Origin: Camelus ferus
Taxonomy: Eukaryota
Reading direction: 5' to 3'
Assembly (NCBI RefSeq): GCF_009834535.1
Contig: NC_045697.1
Coordinates: forward strand, 10,046,001-10,110,000
DNA: 64,000 bases
The notes beneath the pieces were generated by a model. The model ran no database searches and was not told where the DNA came from. It saw only the letters and a list, made by a program, of their open reading frames with translations. The position numbers and the translations under genes are program-made. This document shows, in pieces, positions 12,130-24,263 of the stretch. How positions within the stretch are numbered: position 1 is the stretch's first letter; every line of letters starts with the position of its first letter.

Positions 12130-12666
12130 AAAAGTTAATTATAGAGCAATAGTAAATATTTGCACTGTTAGTGCCTTCTCATCTACCAATAACAGGAAGC
12201 CATAGTTGATGCAGTTGCCTTAAAATGCATCCTACCAGAGGTGCTCTAAGGGTGTCTGAGAGCTGTCAGAGAATTTTAGTTGGTCTTGTCAATTGCAAAA
12301 TCCTCAAAACAGCTTACTCTCTTAAATTGGTAAGCGTTTTTTGTTTTGTTTTATTTTTTTTAGTTTCTTTCTTGCACCATTAATTTGTTTAGAAAATACT
12401 GCTTATGAAGTAAATGTGACCCCAGTTCACTCTAAAATCTGATTTGACATCAGCAGAATCTTAGTTTAGGGATTATTTGGATTTTCAACCCATTACATCA
12501 CAGGTGTTCATAGCAGTTCCTCAGATCATTAGCATCTCCTCTTTTCCTTCACAATAAAGACCCTATTCCTTGGCATAGTCATAGGGGAGCTTTCAGAATC
12601 TGTCTCTTGCCCCCCTTCCCTGTCCCTTCACCTCTACTGCTCTGCCCCATACATCCATATACCCAT

Positions 12667-13045
12667 GTGCACCAAACACCACAGACGGAGTGGTTTAAAC
12701 AACAGAAATTTATTTTCTCAGTGTCCCGGAAGCCAGAAGTCCGAGACTAAGGTGCCAGCAGGTTTGGCTCCTCCTGAGGCCTCTCTCCTTGGCTTGCAGA
12801 CGGCCACCTTCTCTCTGTGTTCTCATTTGGCCTTTCCTCTGTGCAGACACCCCTGCTGCCTCTCTGTGTTCCTAGATTTCCTCTTCTTCTAAGAATTTTT
12901 ATAATCCAGGCAGATTGAATTAAGGCCCACCCTCAGGGCCTCTTTTTAACTTTAGTACCTCTTTAAAGCCCTCATCTCCAAAAATGTCACACTCTGAAGT
13001 ACGCCAGCATGTGAATTTTAGGGGCGCACACTTCAATCCAGAACA
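12667..13045 (-). mobile_element. MaLR solo LTR (MLT1A/B-like)
   Basis: 'ttaaacaacagaaatttattttctca...ggaagccagaagtccgag..aaggtgccagcagg...ctctccttggcttgcagacggccaccttctc...ggcccaccctc' matches the reverse complement of MLT1A/B. Confidence 0.9.
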
Positions 13046-14106
13046 ACTCAAAAGCTACGCATGGTAAACTCTCCACAGTTTCTCTGGCACCCCTTTTCTC
13101 CACGTGATACAGGTCTTTCCCCTTGCCGTTGTATGAATTATGTTGAACCCCCGAAAATGGCTGCCCTTCAACCATTCCATTACCTACAGAAAATAGTGAC
13201 TTTATATAATTCCAATATAATCTGGAGACTTAAAAATTCTCATTTCTTGAAAACAATTTATGTGTTAGGTCCTTAAAATATCATAGAATTGTTGATCATC
13301 CTCCTATTTGCCCTTGAGTCTGAGATGAAATGGTTTACAAATAGACTTTGAGAATTTATCCATACTACAGACCCCACCTTCAGCTCCAACACCAGCAATA
13401 ACAAAAAACTCACACTTAAGAAGGCAGCCCTGTCCATTAAAGTACCACTGTCACCAGGAAGTTCTTTCTTATGCCAGAGTCTGGCCCTTTCTAATGTTTC
13501 TCCACTCATCCTTGTTCTGCTTTTAGAAGCAGCAAGAAGTCCACCTCTGTCCTCTGGCTTCTTGAATGCTTGAAGATCACCACCATGTGCCTCCGCCGCA
13601 CCCCTCTCCAGGGCCTCCCAGCACTTGCAGGGAGGAATTTCCCCTGGACACTGTGTGGGACACTGACTATCACCAAGGGTATTCAAGCCCCTCTTGAAAT
13701 GGACATCCAGACCCAGACACCGGATTCCAGATCAGTTTCACGTCTTGTGTTAGCTCCACTTGAGCTTCCTGAGATGGGCAGCAGCCACGCGGAGCCCTGA
13801 ATTGAGCAAGAATCTGAACCCAATCTAGGGTTAGCAGGAAGGAAAGTAGACGTCAATCAGTGCTATCTTAGGGAGGATCCCATACTCCCTAGAGCTGCTC
13901 TAACTAACGCTCTGGATACCATGTGACAGCCCAGAGCACAGGGAGCTGTTACGGTCCCTGATTTAAATGATCTATTTTCCTTAATGCTAAATTTGCATCA
14001 GATTTGCCAGTCAACCCATGTCATAAAAAGACCAACTATGACACTCAGATTATTTTTTTAAACTTAGTTGCAGCAAACCCTGCTTTCATCTGTGCTGTCA
14101 GGGTGC

Positions 14107-14363
14107 TTTTCTTTTCTTTTCCTTTCTTTTCCTTTCTTTTCTTTTCCTTTTAACATTTTTTATTGATTTATAATCGTTTTACAATGTTGTGTCAAATTCC
14201 AGTGTAGAGCACAATTTTTCAGTTATACATGAACATATATATATTCATTATATATTCATTGTCACATTTTTTTCTCTGTGAGCTACCATAAGATCTTGTA
14301 TATATTTCCCTGTGCTGTACAGTATAATCTTGTTTATCTATTCTACAATTTTGAAATCCCAGT
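14107..14363 (-). mobile_element. 5'-truncated young L1 3' end with a T/C-rich tail
   Basis: A poly(T/C) tail is followed by 'ttttttattgatttataatcgttttacaatgttgtgtcaaattccagtgtagagcac...ttccctgtgctgtacagtat'. Confidence 0.85.
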
Positions 14364-15267
14364 TTCTTCCTAGTTAACTAAAAAGAATGAAGAATCGGGA
14401 ATCGTAACCTCCTTGTATGCCAATTCCAACCCTAACCCTTCCTGGTTGTGTGATTGTGGGCAAGTTATTTGAACTCTCTGAGCTCTCTGCTTTTTTTCAT
14501 CAGTGAAATTGAGAACACTAATCCCCTACTTCAGGGGACCCATTGGTAGTGTTCAGTGAGATACTATGTGAGAAAAAGTTTGCAAACCAGTAGGGGAAAT
14601 ACAAATGCTAGTTAATGTTAGAAGCCTGATGTTTTTGGCTGGCCAGCTAGTTTTTTACCTCGGCTTTGTTATTTTAGGGGATTTCTTCTCACTGGACAAA
14701 TTGACATCTAATAGGGGACTAAAAACAAAAGTACAAGCGAGAGGAATGAATGTAGGCTAGTGAATACTCAGTGAATGGACTTGCATGTGAATGTAAACTC
14801 ATCAAGGGAAGGAATTTCAGCTGAGATCAAATTGTTTCCATGACGCTGTCAAAGCAGAGCAACAATTGAAATCCAGAGTGCCTCTCCCTGGTGGCTTGGA
14901 TTACTCAGAGCCTGGGATGTGTGGTTTGGCATGAGTGAGCTTGCCATTTGCTTACACAAATGGACATCTCTGTCCTAAAGCTTCTGCCTGCATTCCATGC
15001 TGTTATCAGCGACTCATTAGAGTAGCTGTACAGCATACACCACGTCAGGGGCTCCGTCCCTAAATCAACAGGACCAGGCTGGAAACATGCGTGATTAAGT
15101 GTGTGGCGGAAACTGCACGCTCCGCCTACAGTGGGCAGTCACCACCCGCCCCAGGGCAGGGTGTCTAGGGGCAGCTTGGCCCGACAGTGCCAGATCTTCA
15201 GATCATTCAAGAAAATCTATGTATCTGAATTTTTACATGACACGTTCCTGTTTTAAAAACACTTGCT

Positions 15268-15290
15268 GACTATACTTCAATTAAAAAAAA
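15268..15290 (+). mobile_element. 23-bp L1 3'-terminal micro-insertion
   Basis: gactatacttcaattaaaaaaaa is flanked by a perfect 13-bp direct repeat aaaaacacttgct (15255-15267, 15291-15303). The insert matches L1 termini at 181-200 and ~54939-54960. Confidence 0.8.
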
Positions 15291-15755
15291 AAAAACACTT
15301 GCTGTGTTTTCGACCTACAGAAATGACAATTTCTTATGGTTCAACTCACTATAAGCTAGAGACTTCAAAAGAGTTCTAATTTTCTTGCTATGTGAGAAAT
15401 CTCAAGGGCCCTCGCCCTTCAGAAAAATCTCTTAAACAAACACGCACACACACTATTAATAACAATAGCTAACAGGGAGCACTTGCTACACCAGGACGCA
15501 TGCAGGTGAACCCTCATTTAATGCTCCTGACAAGCCTGTAATGTTGGTACTGTGCTTGTCACTAGTCCTACAAATGAAGCCCACAGCCTCACTGTCAGCA
15601 GTGACTCATGTGATGCGAGCCGGTGTCCTTTTCTCTCTTGGACTGCAGGAAGAAATTTAAAATCGATGTTACTGCCCCCACGGCCAGAGATGGGCAGGCT
15701 GGGGTGAACTGTGGTTCTCCGGCCTCGCCGGCTAACTTCCCATTGCCACACACCT

Positions 15756-16565
15756 TGTATAGTCCACTGGGGCTGTCATGACAGGATAATGCCACAGACC
15801 AGGGGCTTCAACCACAGGGGTTTATTTTCTCGTGGTTCTGGAGGCTGGAAGTCCAAAGTCAAGGTGCTGGCCGTGTTGACTTCCAGTCAAAACCCTCTTT
15901 CTGGCTTGGAGGTGGTCCCTGACTTGCTGTGTCTTCACATGGCACAGAAATAGAGAAAGAGAGAAAGGGAGAGAGATCGGGAGAGATCTGGTGTGGTGTG
16001 TCTTCCTCTTCTAAGGACACAAGCCCTGTTGGATATGGCCCCACCCTCATGACCTCATGTAACCTTTTATTTTATTTTATCTTATTTTATTTTCTTTTAT
16101 TTTATTTTTATTTTATTTTATTTTATTTTATTTTTTTACTGAAGTACAGTCAATTACACTATGTCAATCTCTGGCGCACAGCACAATGTCCCAGTCATGC
16201 ATGTACATACATATATTCGTTTTCATTTTTTTCCATTAAAGGTTATTACAAGATATTGAACATAGTTCTCTGTGCTATACAAAAGAAACTTTTTTAAAAT
16301 CTATTTTTATATACAGTGGCTAACATTTGTAAATCTCAAACTCCCAAATGTATCCCCTCCTACCCCTTTCCCTAGTAACCATAAGATTGTTTACTAAGCC
16401 TGCGAGTCCATTTCTGTTTTGTAGATGGGTTCATAGTGTCCTTTTTTTCCTCAGGTAACCTTTTTGTTACCTCCTTAAAGACCTACCTCCCAATACAATC
16501 ACACTGGGGATTAGGGCCTCAGCATATAAATATGGGAGGTGGGGACACCATTAAGTCCTTCATAC
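15756..16565 (-). mobile_element. MaLR solo LTR (MLT1A/B-like) interrupted by an L1 fragment
   Basis: MLT1 text 'ggttctggaggctggaagtccaaagtcaaggtg...aaggacacaagccc..ttgga..ggccccaccctcatgacctcat' resumes after 16448 with 'ttacctccttaaagacct..ctcccaatacaatcacactggggattaggg'. Confidence 0.85.
16069..16448 (-). mobile_element. 5'-truncated L1 3' UTR nested in MLT1
   Basis: (ATTTT)n tail, then 'gaagtacagtcaattacact..gtcaat...aggttattacaagatattgaacatagtt'. 16-bp TSD cctca(t/g)gtaacctttt at 16053-16068 and 16449-16464. Confidence 0.9.
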
Positions 16566-16589
16566 CCCACCCACTTCCGTGGAAATCAG

Positions 16590-16875
16590 ACCCTCCTGCC
16601 TTTTTCTCCTTTTCCACCCTCTCCCTTACCCTTCTTCCCACCCAGCCCACTTCACCCGGCCGTTTCCCTCTCTCCACACCGTTCTTTATGTCCTCCAGTT
16701 CTTTACGCAGCCTCTCGTCTTCACTTTCTGTAACCCCCTCTCTTCGTAGCATGTCCCCTTATTTCTCTGTTTCTCTCTTCCTCTCCTTTCTCTGCCTTCC
16801 TCTTTCATTGTAACCATCGCCTTCTCCAAAGTCCCCTCCTCTCTCTTTACTTTCTTCCTGTCCTCGTCTCCACAA
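16590..16875 (+). repeat. Polypyrimidine low-complexity tract
   Basis: About 280 bp dominated by C and T. Confidence 0.8.
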
Positions 16876-18737
16876 CGACCCCTCAGATCTAAATTCTGTT
16901 TCTGGTTTGTTGGCATTTACTCTTTCTCCCGTGTGGTTCCCCGGGTACTCCCCGGGAACGGGAGTGCCGCGCACAGGGCCTGGGACACAGGAGAATCCCC
17001 CATAAGTGGGAGCACGCTCCTTCCACCCCGGATTGGAAGCAAGTTAAAAGAAATGTGCAAAGTGAAGCAATTTAAGTAGAACAAACAAAAAAATCAAAGC
17101 CATGAGACGAAAGAGAAACAAAATATGTGAACCACAGGACCCAATCTGGTTACTGTGATTGAGCATGAAATTTCACTTCCTGGCAGCCAAGCGCAGAGCC
17201 CTTTCAGACTTAAACTGACCCGTGTCCTCTGTGGTGTGCTGGCTCGGGGTGAAGGGCTGCAGGAGAGCAAATGAATTCCTTTCCTCTTGCCCTGACCTGG
17301 GTCCTGCCCTGGAACAACTGTTTTCACCACCACTCAGCTGCATTTTCAATATTCGATGGACCTCTCCCTGGCTCCCCAGGGCTGTATTGTGTGAAAAGCT
17401 CATGCTTTTAGAATGTCGTCTTGGGAGTAAAGAATGCAAGTCTATCATCAAGGCAATTTGTAGTTGAGGTCTTTCCTAGGATGTCGCAAAAGGAAATCCA
17501 CAATCTGCGGTTAATCAGTAAGTTTACTGAATGCAGGTTCAAGCAACAGCTGTGTGGTTCGTAGGAGAAAAATATCAGATAAAGGAAAGAAGGAAGGTAG
17601 GAAGAGAGCAGGGAGGGAGGAACGGTTTCTCTGAATCCTTTTCTATTTTTCCCTAAAGGTACTCAACTTCCTTATCTTCCTTTACCTTGTACTCTTTCCT
17701 CTTTTCTGTCACTGTCACCTTCCCTCTGAAGCCTACAGAGAAACCAGCCACTCCCTCCCAGTGAAAACCCAGGTGGCCCCTCATTTCTAACGCTTTCGCC
17801 TGAACATAGAAATGTAAGCATCAGCGCAGATTTTCCTTTTTGTTATTGACTCAGCTGTTATCCCAGACGCGCGTGACAATGGGGCAGTGCCTAAGATCAT
17901 CACTGTGATGCTCGACTCTGGACACCAATGTCAAGGGAGACATTGTCAAGCTGAAGGAGACGTGGCTTGGGGGAATCAGAAGATGAGAAACCTTAAAACC
18001 AAAACACACAAACAGAGATGGCAGGGTCCTACCCTGGAGAGGGGAAACTGTTGAGACCTGTGAGACTGACTTCAGGGGTTTGAATGTATCTCTCAAGTAG
18101 AACTTTGGAAGCAGTTCTCCAAGACTTGGCATCAATTATTTAGAATTCTAGTCCAGAGAGGATCTGACCTGAGTTACAGTCACAATTGTGCCATTTTTCT
18201 AGGCTTATGATGTCCTTGGGCAACTAACTCTCCCCATCATCTCCATTTCTTCGACATGAAAATAAGGATAATAGTATCCACGTCCTTGAGGTTGTTGTGA
18301 GGCTGTAACATGGTACTCAGTCCATCAGAGCTGAGATTAATATCCTTGGTACTTCTGTTGAAAGTCAATAGAAGAGAAAGGACTGGATATATGAGGTTCT
18401 TGTTTGGATCATAAAACATATCTTCTTTCCTTCCTGCCTGCCTTCCTGCCTTCCTGTCTTCCTGCCTTCCTTTTTTTCTTCTCCTCTCTCTGTCCTCAAA
18501 GCCATCTAGCCATACCTTGAATCTGCTTTCTGATTAACGAAGATTGACAGATTTCCTTTAGCAACGCCATAGCAACAGCTCCAACTATACATTGCCCTAA
18601 TCACAACACTTGCATCCTTTATTACACAGAACCACACTCTAAGAACAGGATTTGAGTAAGACCCTGAAAGAGATTCCAAAAAAGTGAAACAGAGCTTTGC
18701 AGTATTATATAAACAAAGGAGAGAGAGAGAGTCTTAG

Positions 18738-18916
18738 CTGTGGTTCTTAACTTTAGCTGCACCATAATCATCAACAAGGGAGCTTTGAAAATTCCCAAAG
18801 CCCAGGCTGCACCCCAGACCATTACATCAGAATCCCTGGTGCTGGGATCCAGGCACAAATAATTGCTTGAAGCCCTAGAGGTGATTCTCATACGTCACCA
18901 AGATTGAGAACTGCTG
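18738..18916. mobile_element. MER5A-like hAT-Charlie MITE
   Basis: Ends ctgtggttctta / tgagaactgctg, with internal 'cccaggctgcaccccagaccattacatcagaatc...ggtgattctcat'. Confidence 0.8.
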
Positions 18917-19399
18917 CTTTGGAGAAAATTGTTAGCCAGTGTGGGGAAAGCTGCAGAGCTGACGAGGCTGGATGAGTATGCATGGCGTGAGCACGTGGAT
19001 AATTCTCTAGACTCTAGACAGACCTTTCGGGAGAGCTGTGGACATAGAAATCAGACTTGAAAAGAAGTGAGTGGCTAGGAAGAGTCTACAGCAGGTGTAG
19101 CTCAATCCTTCAACCAGTGTGGTGGAATCCAGAAGGGAAGAGTGAAAAAGACAACTTGAGGTGTTAGCAAAAGCAAAACAGTTTATTTTTAGATGGGAGA
19201 CCTAAACATATTTCAGCCAAAGGCAAGTCTACCATATCTTGTATACTTCCATTTAAATTTTGGGAAATAGTGAAAAACTGTTGGAGCTGATACAGTAGAT
19301 TTCATCTTGATGATTTCAGGTCCATCACAGGCTCTTAACCAGCTACACCCTCTGCTTTCTGCCTTACTACTCCCTTCATTTGAACTGCCACTTGTTAAA

Positions 19400-19620
19400 T
19401 TTTCTGCTCTATGTCAGATTTGTCACTCAGTGACCTCTCATAATCCTCACAAAATCCTGTAAAGTGTCAACCTCCCTTTTATAGACAAGGAAACTTTTCA
19501 GATAAGGAACTGAGATTCTGAGAGATTCCATGGTTTATCCAGAGTCAGTAAGTGACGAAACCAAGATTGAGACCTGGGTCTCTAAGACCCCAAAGCCAAC
19601 AGTCTTTTTACACTGCCCCC
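19400..19620 (-). mobile_element. MIR SINE
   Basis: 'tcataatcctcacaaaatcctgtaaagt..ccttttatagacaaggaaact...gagattccatggtttatccagagtca...agatttgagacctgggtct'. Confidence 0.75.
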
Positions 19621-22600
19621 ATGCCTCCAGATGAAGCACAAATTCAGTCCTTGGAGGATTGCATGCTTCCTTCGAAACCTGCAAAATGACAAAAACTATG
19701 CCCTGAAAGGTGGTGTTCCAGCACCAGGCCTTTGGAGTGAAACGAATGAAAACATGAAAATGTATCAGAGGCTACAGAAGGGCTTGATCAAGGTACGAAG
19801 CCGTTTAGAGAGAGGTGGGCATGTGGTCTCTGTCGTCACTGATACAGATGCCCAAGGAGGTGATGGAGAAACAGCCAGAATGGGGGTTGCCCACAACTGA
19901 CCCTAATCAGAGAACATAGTGTCCTGAGCTCCGTGCTCAAGTGCGGTGGGGTGTGGACAGGAATGGCCACTCTCAACACTGTTCCTCTCGGCCACTTGCC
20001 TGCACTTTCCTCCTTCCCTGGACACGTCGTCCTTGCTGACTTCTGCCTGCCAAATCACCCAAGGCGTGCCAGTTCACTTGGCCATCTTCTCTTGCTGAAA
20101 CAAAATCTCTACATCCCTTGATTACCCCTAAAACAAATAATGAGTACTCATTTGTAAGCAATATTTTCCTCCTCACACATCCAGGTATACGGGGTCCAGA
20201 TAGCTGCTTTGAGTTCTAGGATATTAGCTTCGAGGAGAATAAAATGTAATAAAAAATATAACATTTATTCCAAATAGCTGCGAAATCCGTGTCAAAGATG
20301 ATTTCCGTTTGGGCTGCCATCCACAGACATCATTATCAGTTATCTCTTGCTCTCAGATGGGGGAATGAGCAAGATTATGGCTTTCCCATCCACTCAGAAG
20401 GCCTGGAAATTGCTCATGCAATGTCCACACAGAAGAGCCAGTGACATTCTGTGTTGCCTTTTAAAAAAAAAAAAAACTTTACTATTGTATTTTAAAAGAA
20501 ACTGGCCAGCAAGTTCATTCCAGGACAAGTTTTAGATTCTTTGAGAATCAAATTGGGTAAAACCAGAACAGAGACTGTTTAGTTTGGACAGAAAAATTGC
20601 CAACATGCCCATAAAAGGAAGGATCAGCTGAATATTTTCTTTGGGTTATTATTTTCAGAGTTTCTTCAAAAGTTAGTCTAACAAAAACTCGAGAGATGCC
20701 CTGCAATGCACCCATGAAATAGAGACACCTCAAACAGAGCTGGGATCTCAGACCAAATCAGTCCAGGGAATTTGTGGTAATTGGGACAAGAGTCCCGTCT
20801 ATGATGTCCTGGATTGATTACAAAATTCATCAGAAGGGGAGGTGGGGTGTTTGCTGAGTTTCCACTGAGTGTCTGACATGTGTCCTACATCCTAACAGGT
20901 AATAGATGAATATTATTTCATTCCATCCTCCCAGTCACCCCTTTGGAACCATAGTAGTCTCATTTACCAAGAAAGAAAAAAAGAATAGAAAATATGACAA
21001 GTGTATGAGTGAGCTATGAGTGGAAGAATGAGATTGAAACTACTGTTTACCCAGAATGGGTTTGAATCAATGAATGAATGAATCGGAGAAGGTAACAACA
21101 ACTATATACATATATATTATACATATATTCTCCAGTGGGTCTATAGGCTGTGTGTCCATTTCAACCCTTGGAAATTGGAATCTGTAGTTTCATGTCTAAA
21201 GCTTCAGTCTAGGGACGTCCCAGTATGCGTCGACCTCCACGAATAAGTATGGCCGTCTCTTCCTCCTCCACAGCTGTTCTGTGGTCGGGTGTTTATGTGC
21301 ATTTAATCCCCATCAAAACCCACTTTCCAACCAGGGAAAATGAGAGTCACAATTCTCAAACTTCAAAAGAAAGAAGGTTGGACAGGATCTTGAAAGGATA
21401 TGGACCCATGTGGAGACTGGGAAGAGGGTGAGGGGAGGAAGGTTTGCAGATGGAGGCCTTGGTTTGATCATGTTCTGGAAGGAAAGGAGTGAGATAAAAA
21501 TCAGATAAGGGTTGAATAAAGGTTCAAACCATGAAGGACTCAGAATACGAGAGGTAATTATGCCTTTGTTTTCGAGGAACTGGGAACCCATCAAAGTCTT
21601 CTGAGTGAGGGAGACATGTGGGAAGCAGAGGTTTAGAAGGATTAAGTTGGCCAGGGTTTGGGAGAACGGCTGGAAGTGGGGAGGCCAGCTGGGGGACTTT
21701 CTGCAGAAGAATTCGATGACACTCAAGGCCATGGCCGTTCGAAGGCTGTGCATGCCTTTTTGGCTCGGCTGTGTGCTGTTTGGATGAAGCAGACATCTTT
21801 AAGCAGTTTGCGCTCTACCGAACAGACTCCCGTGGGATGGTCTCATTCCCGTGGCCTCTGATGTGGAAATGTCACCCTGACAGTGAGTGAATTCCAGGAA
21901 CCCTTCCAGCAGAGAACACTCACTAAAGAAGGGGGCCCCAGCTACAGGCATGTTGACCTTAGGAAACAGGGAGACGGTGATGAGAAGAAAGCTGCTTGGG
22001 CAAAGAGGAAAAAAAAATGTGCTTGCCTCTTAAAGAGCTGTTCTCAATGCCCTAGGACACGATTTAAATGATGGTCCCAAAGCAAAAGCATCAGAACGTG
22101 AAGGGCTCCCTTGAACTTCATACTTAAAGAGCAACTTCCATGGAGACATTGCCTCACCCCTCCCAGGCTCGCACGTTCTTTCTTTTATCAGAGCCATCTC
22201 CAGAGACCACTGCATTAGGAACATCCTCACGGGGCCTTGTTTTTGGGGGGGTAGGAGATCTGTGTATATTACAAGTTGTGAAAATTGAAGGGGACTGTGT
22301 GGGAAAAGAGGCTGCAGAACTAGGATTTCATCTCAGCTCGCTCAGCCATCTGATCTCAGGCAAGTTCATTCAGCTGAGAAAAGTCATAGAAGCACGAGGA
22401 TCAGATGAAGTCATACAGATGACAGCATCCTCCTCAAAGTAAGGAGCTGGCCCTGAGGTCCGCAGAATCAGAAATCAAGGCCTCCAGGGCCAGGCAGGAG
22501 ACGCAAACGAACGCAGTGGGCCGAGCGGGGGAAGACCTGATATCCGGAGCCGCCATGCCCCACCCAGAGAGAGCACCAACCTCTCAGCCCCACTCAATTT

Positions 22601-23047
22601 ATCTCCCAATTTTTAAATAATAGCAGCTCCCTGGGATCATCTACATACCCCAACCAAAGCAGTGGATCCAGCTGGGCTGCCAGCTTGCAGACATGGACTG
22701 GCTGCTTGCAGATTCTTCGGCTCAAAGCCCAGCTCTGCCACTTGCTAGTTGTGTGTGTTTGGACAAGGTTCACATTTTCCCTGAAGCTTACTTTTCCCAT
22801 CAAAGAAATGTGGATAATAAGGGGGCTGCAGAGAGCAGTGCTGGAGATTGACTGAGACCAAGGGTACAGGGCTCAGCAAGCAGAAGGAGGTCGGAGCTGG
22901 GGAGGGAAGCCCCCTGCTGCGCCAGACATTAACCCTTCAGTCACTGGTCTGCAAGGGGGTCTAGTGGGTGGGCGACTGGCACAGCAGCTTTCACCAAAGC
23001 TCTTCCTCCACTTTTCAGTCTCCTTAATGTTCAGTAAATGACAACAG

Positions 23048-23216
23048 TTTTTTTTTTTAATTTTGTCTTTTATTGAAGCATAGGTGGTTTACAATGTTAG
23101 TTTCAGGTGAACAGCAAAGCGATTCAGTTATACATATACGCACACATCTGTTTTTTTCTTTTCAGATTCTTTTCCATTATATGTTATTACAAGAAGTTGA
23201 ATAGTTCCCTGTGCTG
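23048..23216 (-). mobile_element. L1 3' end fragment
   Basis: Poly-T, then 'tttattgaagcataggtggtttacaatgttagtttcaggtgaacagcaaagcgattcagttatacat...gaatagttccctgtgctg'. Confidence 0.85.
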
Positions 23217-23627
23217 TTAAGGCTCCATTAAGGTTCACTGCTGCTTTCCATCCAGAAAGGTTCTATATCACCCAACACTGCGCTCTGTATTAAGGGGTAA
23301 AAAACCTGAGGAAAACACAGACCCTGACTGTTACAGGCATGTAATAGTGTCATTACTGACCTGGGATATTTAAATGACTCATGAAAAGGGCAATGCCACT
23401 AGACTTGGGCTGTCCCTGACCCCTGACATGCTTGGGCTTGGCCTCCTCCACCAAGGTCTGGCAGGAGTAATAGGATGGTCTGGCCACTGAAAGGCTTTGG
23501 GGTCTCCACATGGAGAGAGCCAGCCATCCTCTGAATAATCAGGGCTTTGGGATGGCAGTGGGAGACCAGTCATGTGAGAGTTGGGTTCTACAAGCAAAGG
23601 GAATCACCCATCTTTTAATACCACATA

Positions 23628-24263
23628 TAATCAATTCTTGCTGCTCACAATAGTGCTGTTCTATTTCAAGTCATTTCAAAGACCAAATTAGCAAATTCAT
23701 TGCTCCTAGGGGGAACACAAAGTTAGGTGCCTGCAAGCCTCTGGTCACAGCGTTTTCAAGAACTGACCTACACAGACCCTTGTTTCACACGTGTTTCTGT
23801 TTAAAGACGCTTTATTCAGTACATATTGTTGATTCATTAGCGTTGAATACATGTCATCAGAACTGTAATTCATGCCTAAAGGATGCTTATCTAATGCACA
23901 TATTTTCTCCATAAGGCACATCGTGGCTTTCTTAGGAACATGCACTCAGGAACACCAGCTTTTCTCTGCTTGGGGGCCACTGTAAACAGCAAAATCACCA
24001 ACAAAAACCAAAAAGTGCAAAAAATGTGGCACAACACAGATTACAAAACAGATACCCGTTGACAGCGTGGGAGCTGAAAGAAGAAAGCAGAGCACAGCCT
24101 TGGTCGCCCTCAGCTGGGAACATGCGTGTCACGTGACTCGAATATTTTGCAGTTCTGTGCATATCCGCCAACAACCAGGAAAGCCTTGAGTGCTGATTTC
24201 CGGGTTGCAAATGCATTTCAGTAAGTAGGAGAATTTGCCAATACAGAATCCACAGATTAACTA
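23628..24263 (+). mobile_element. MER82-like TcMar-Tigger DNA transposon, near full length
   Basis: 'cattgctcctagggg..ttaggtgcctgcaagcctctggtcaca...gtgtttctgtttaaagac...ttctccataaggcacatc...aaatcaccaacaaaaa...cctcagctgggaac...gtaggagaatttgccaatacagaatcc' is collinear with the recalled MER82 consensus. Confidence 0.85.

Noticed and set aside
21690..21890. Possible exon ending at ACA|gtgagt (21882/21883)
   Set aside because: No convincing acceptor or recognisable reading frame, and such donor 6-mers are common by chance.
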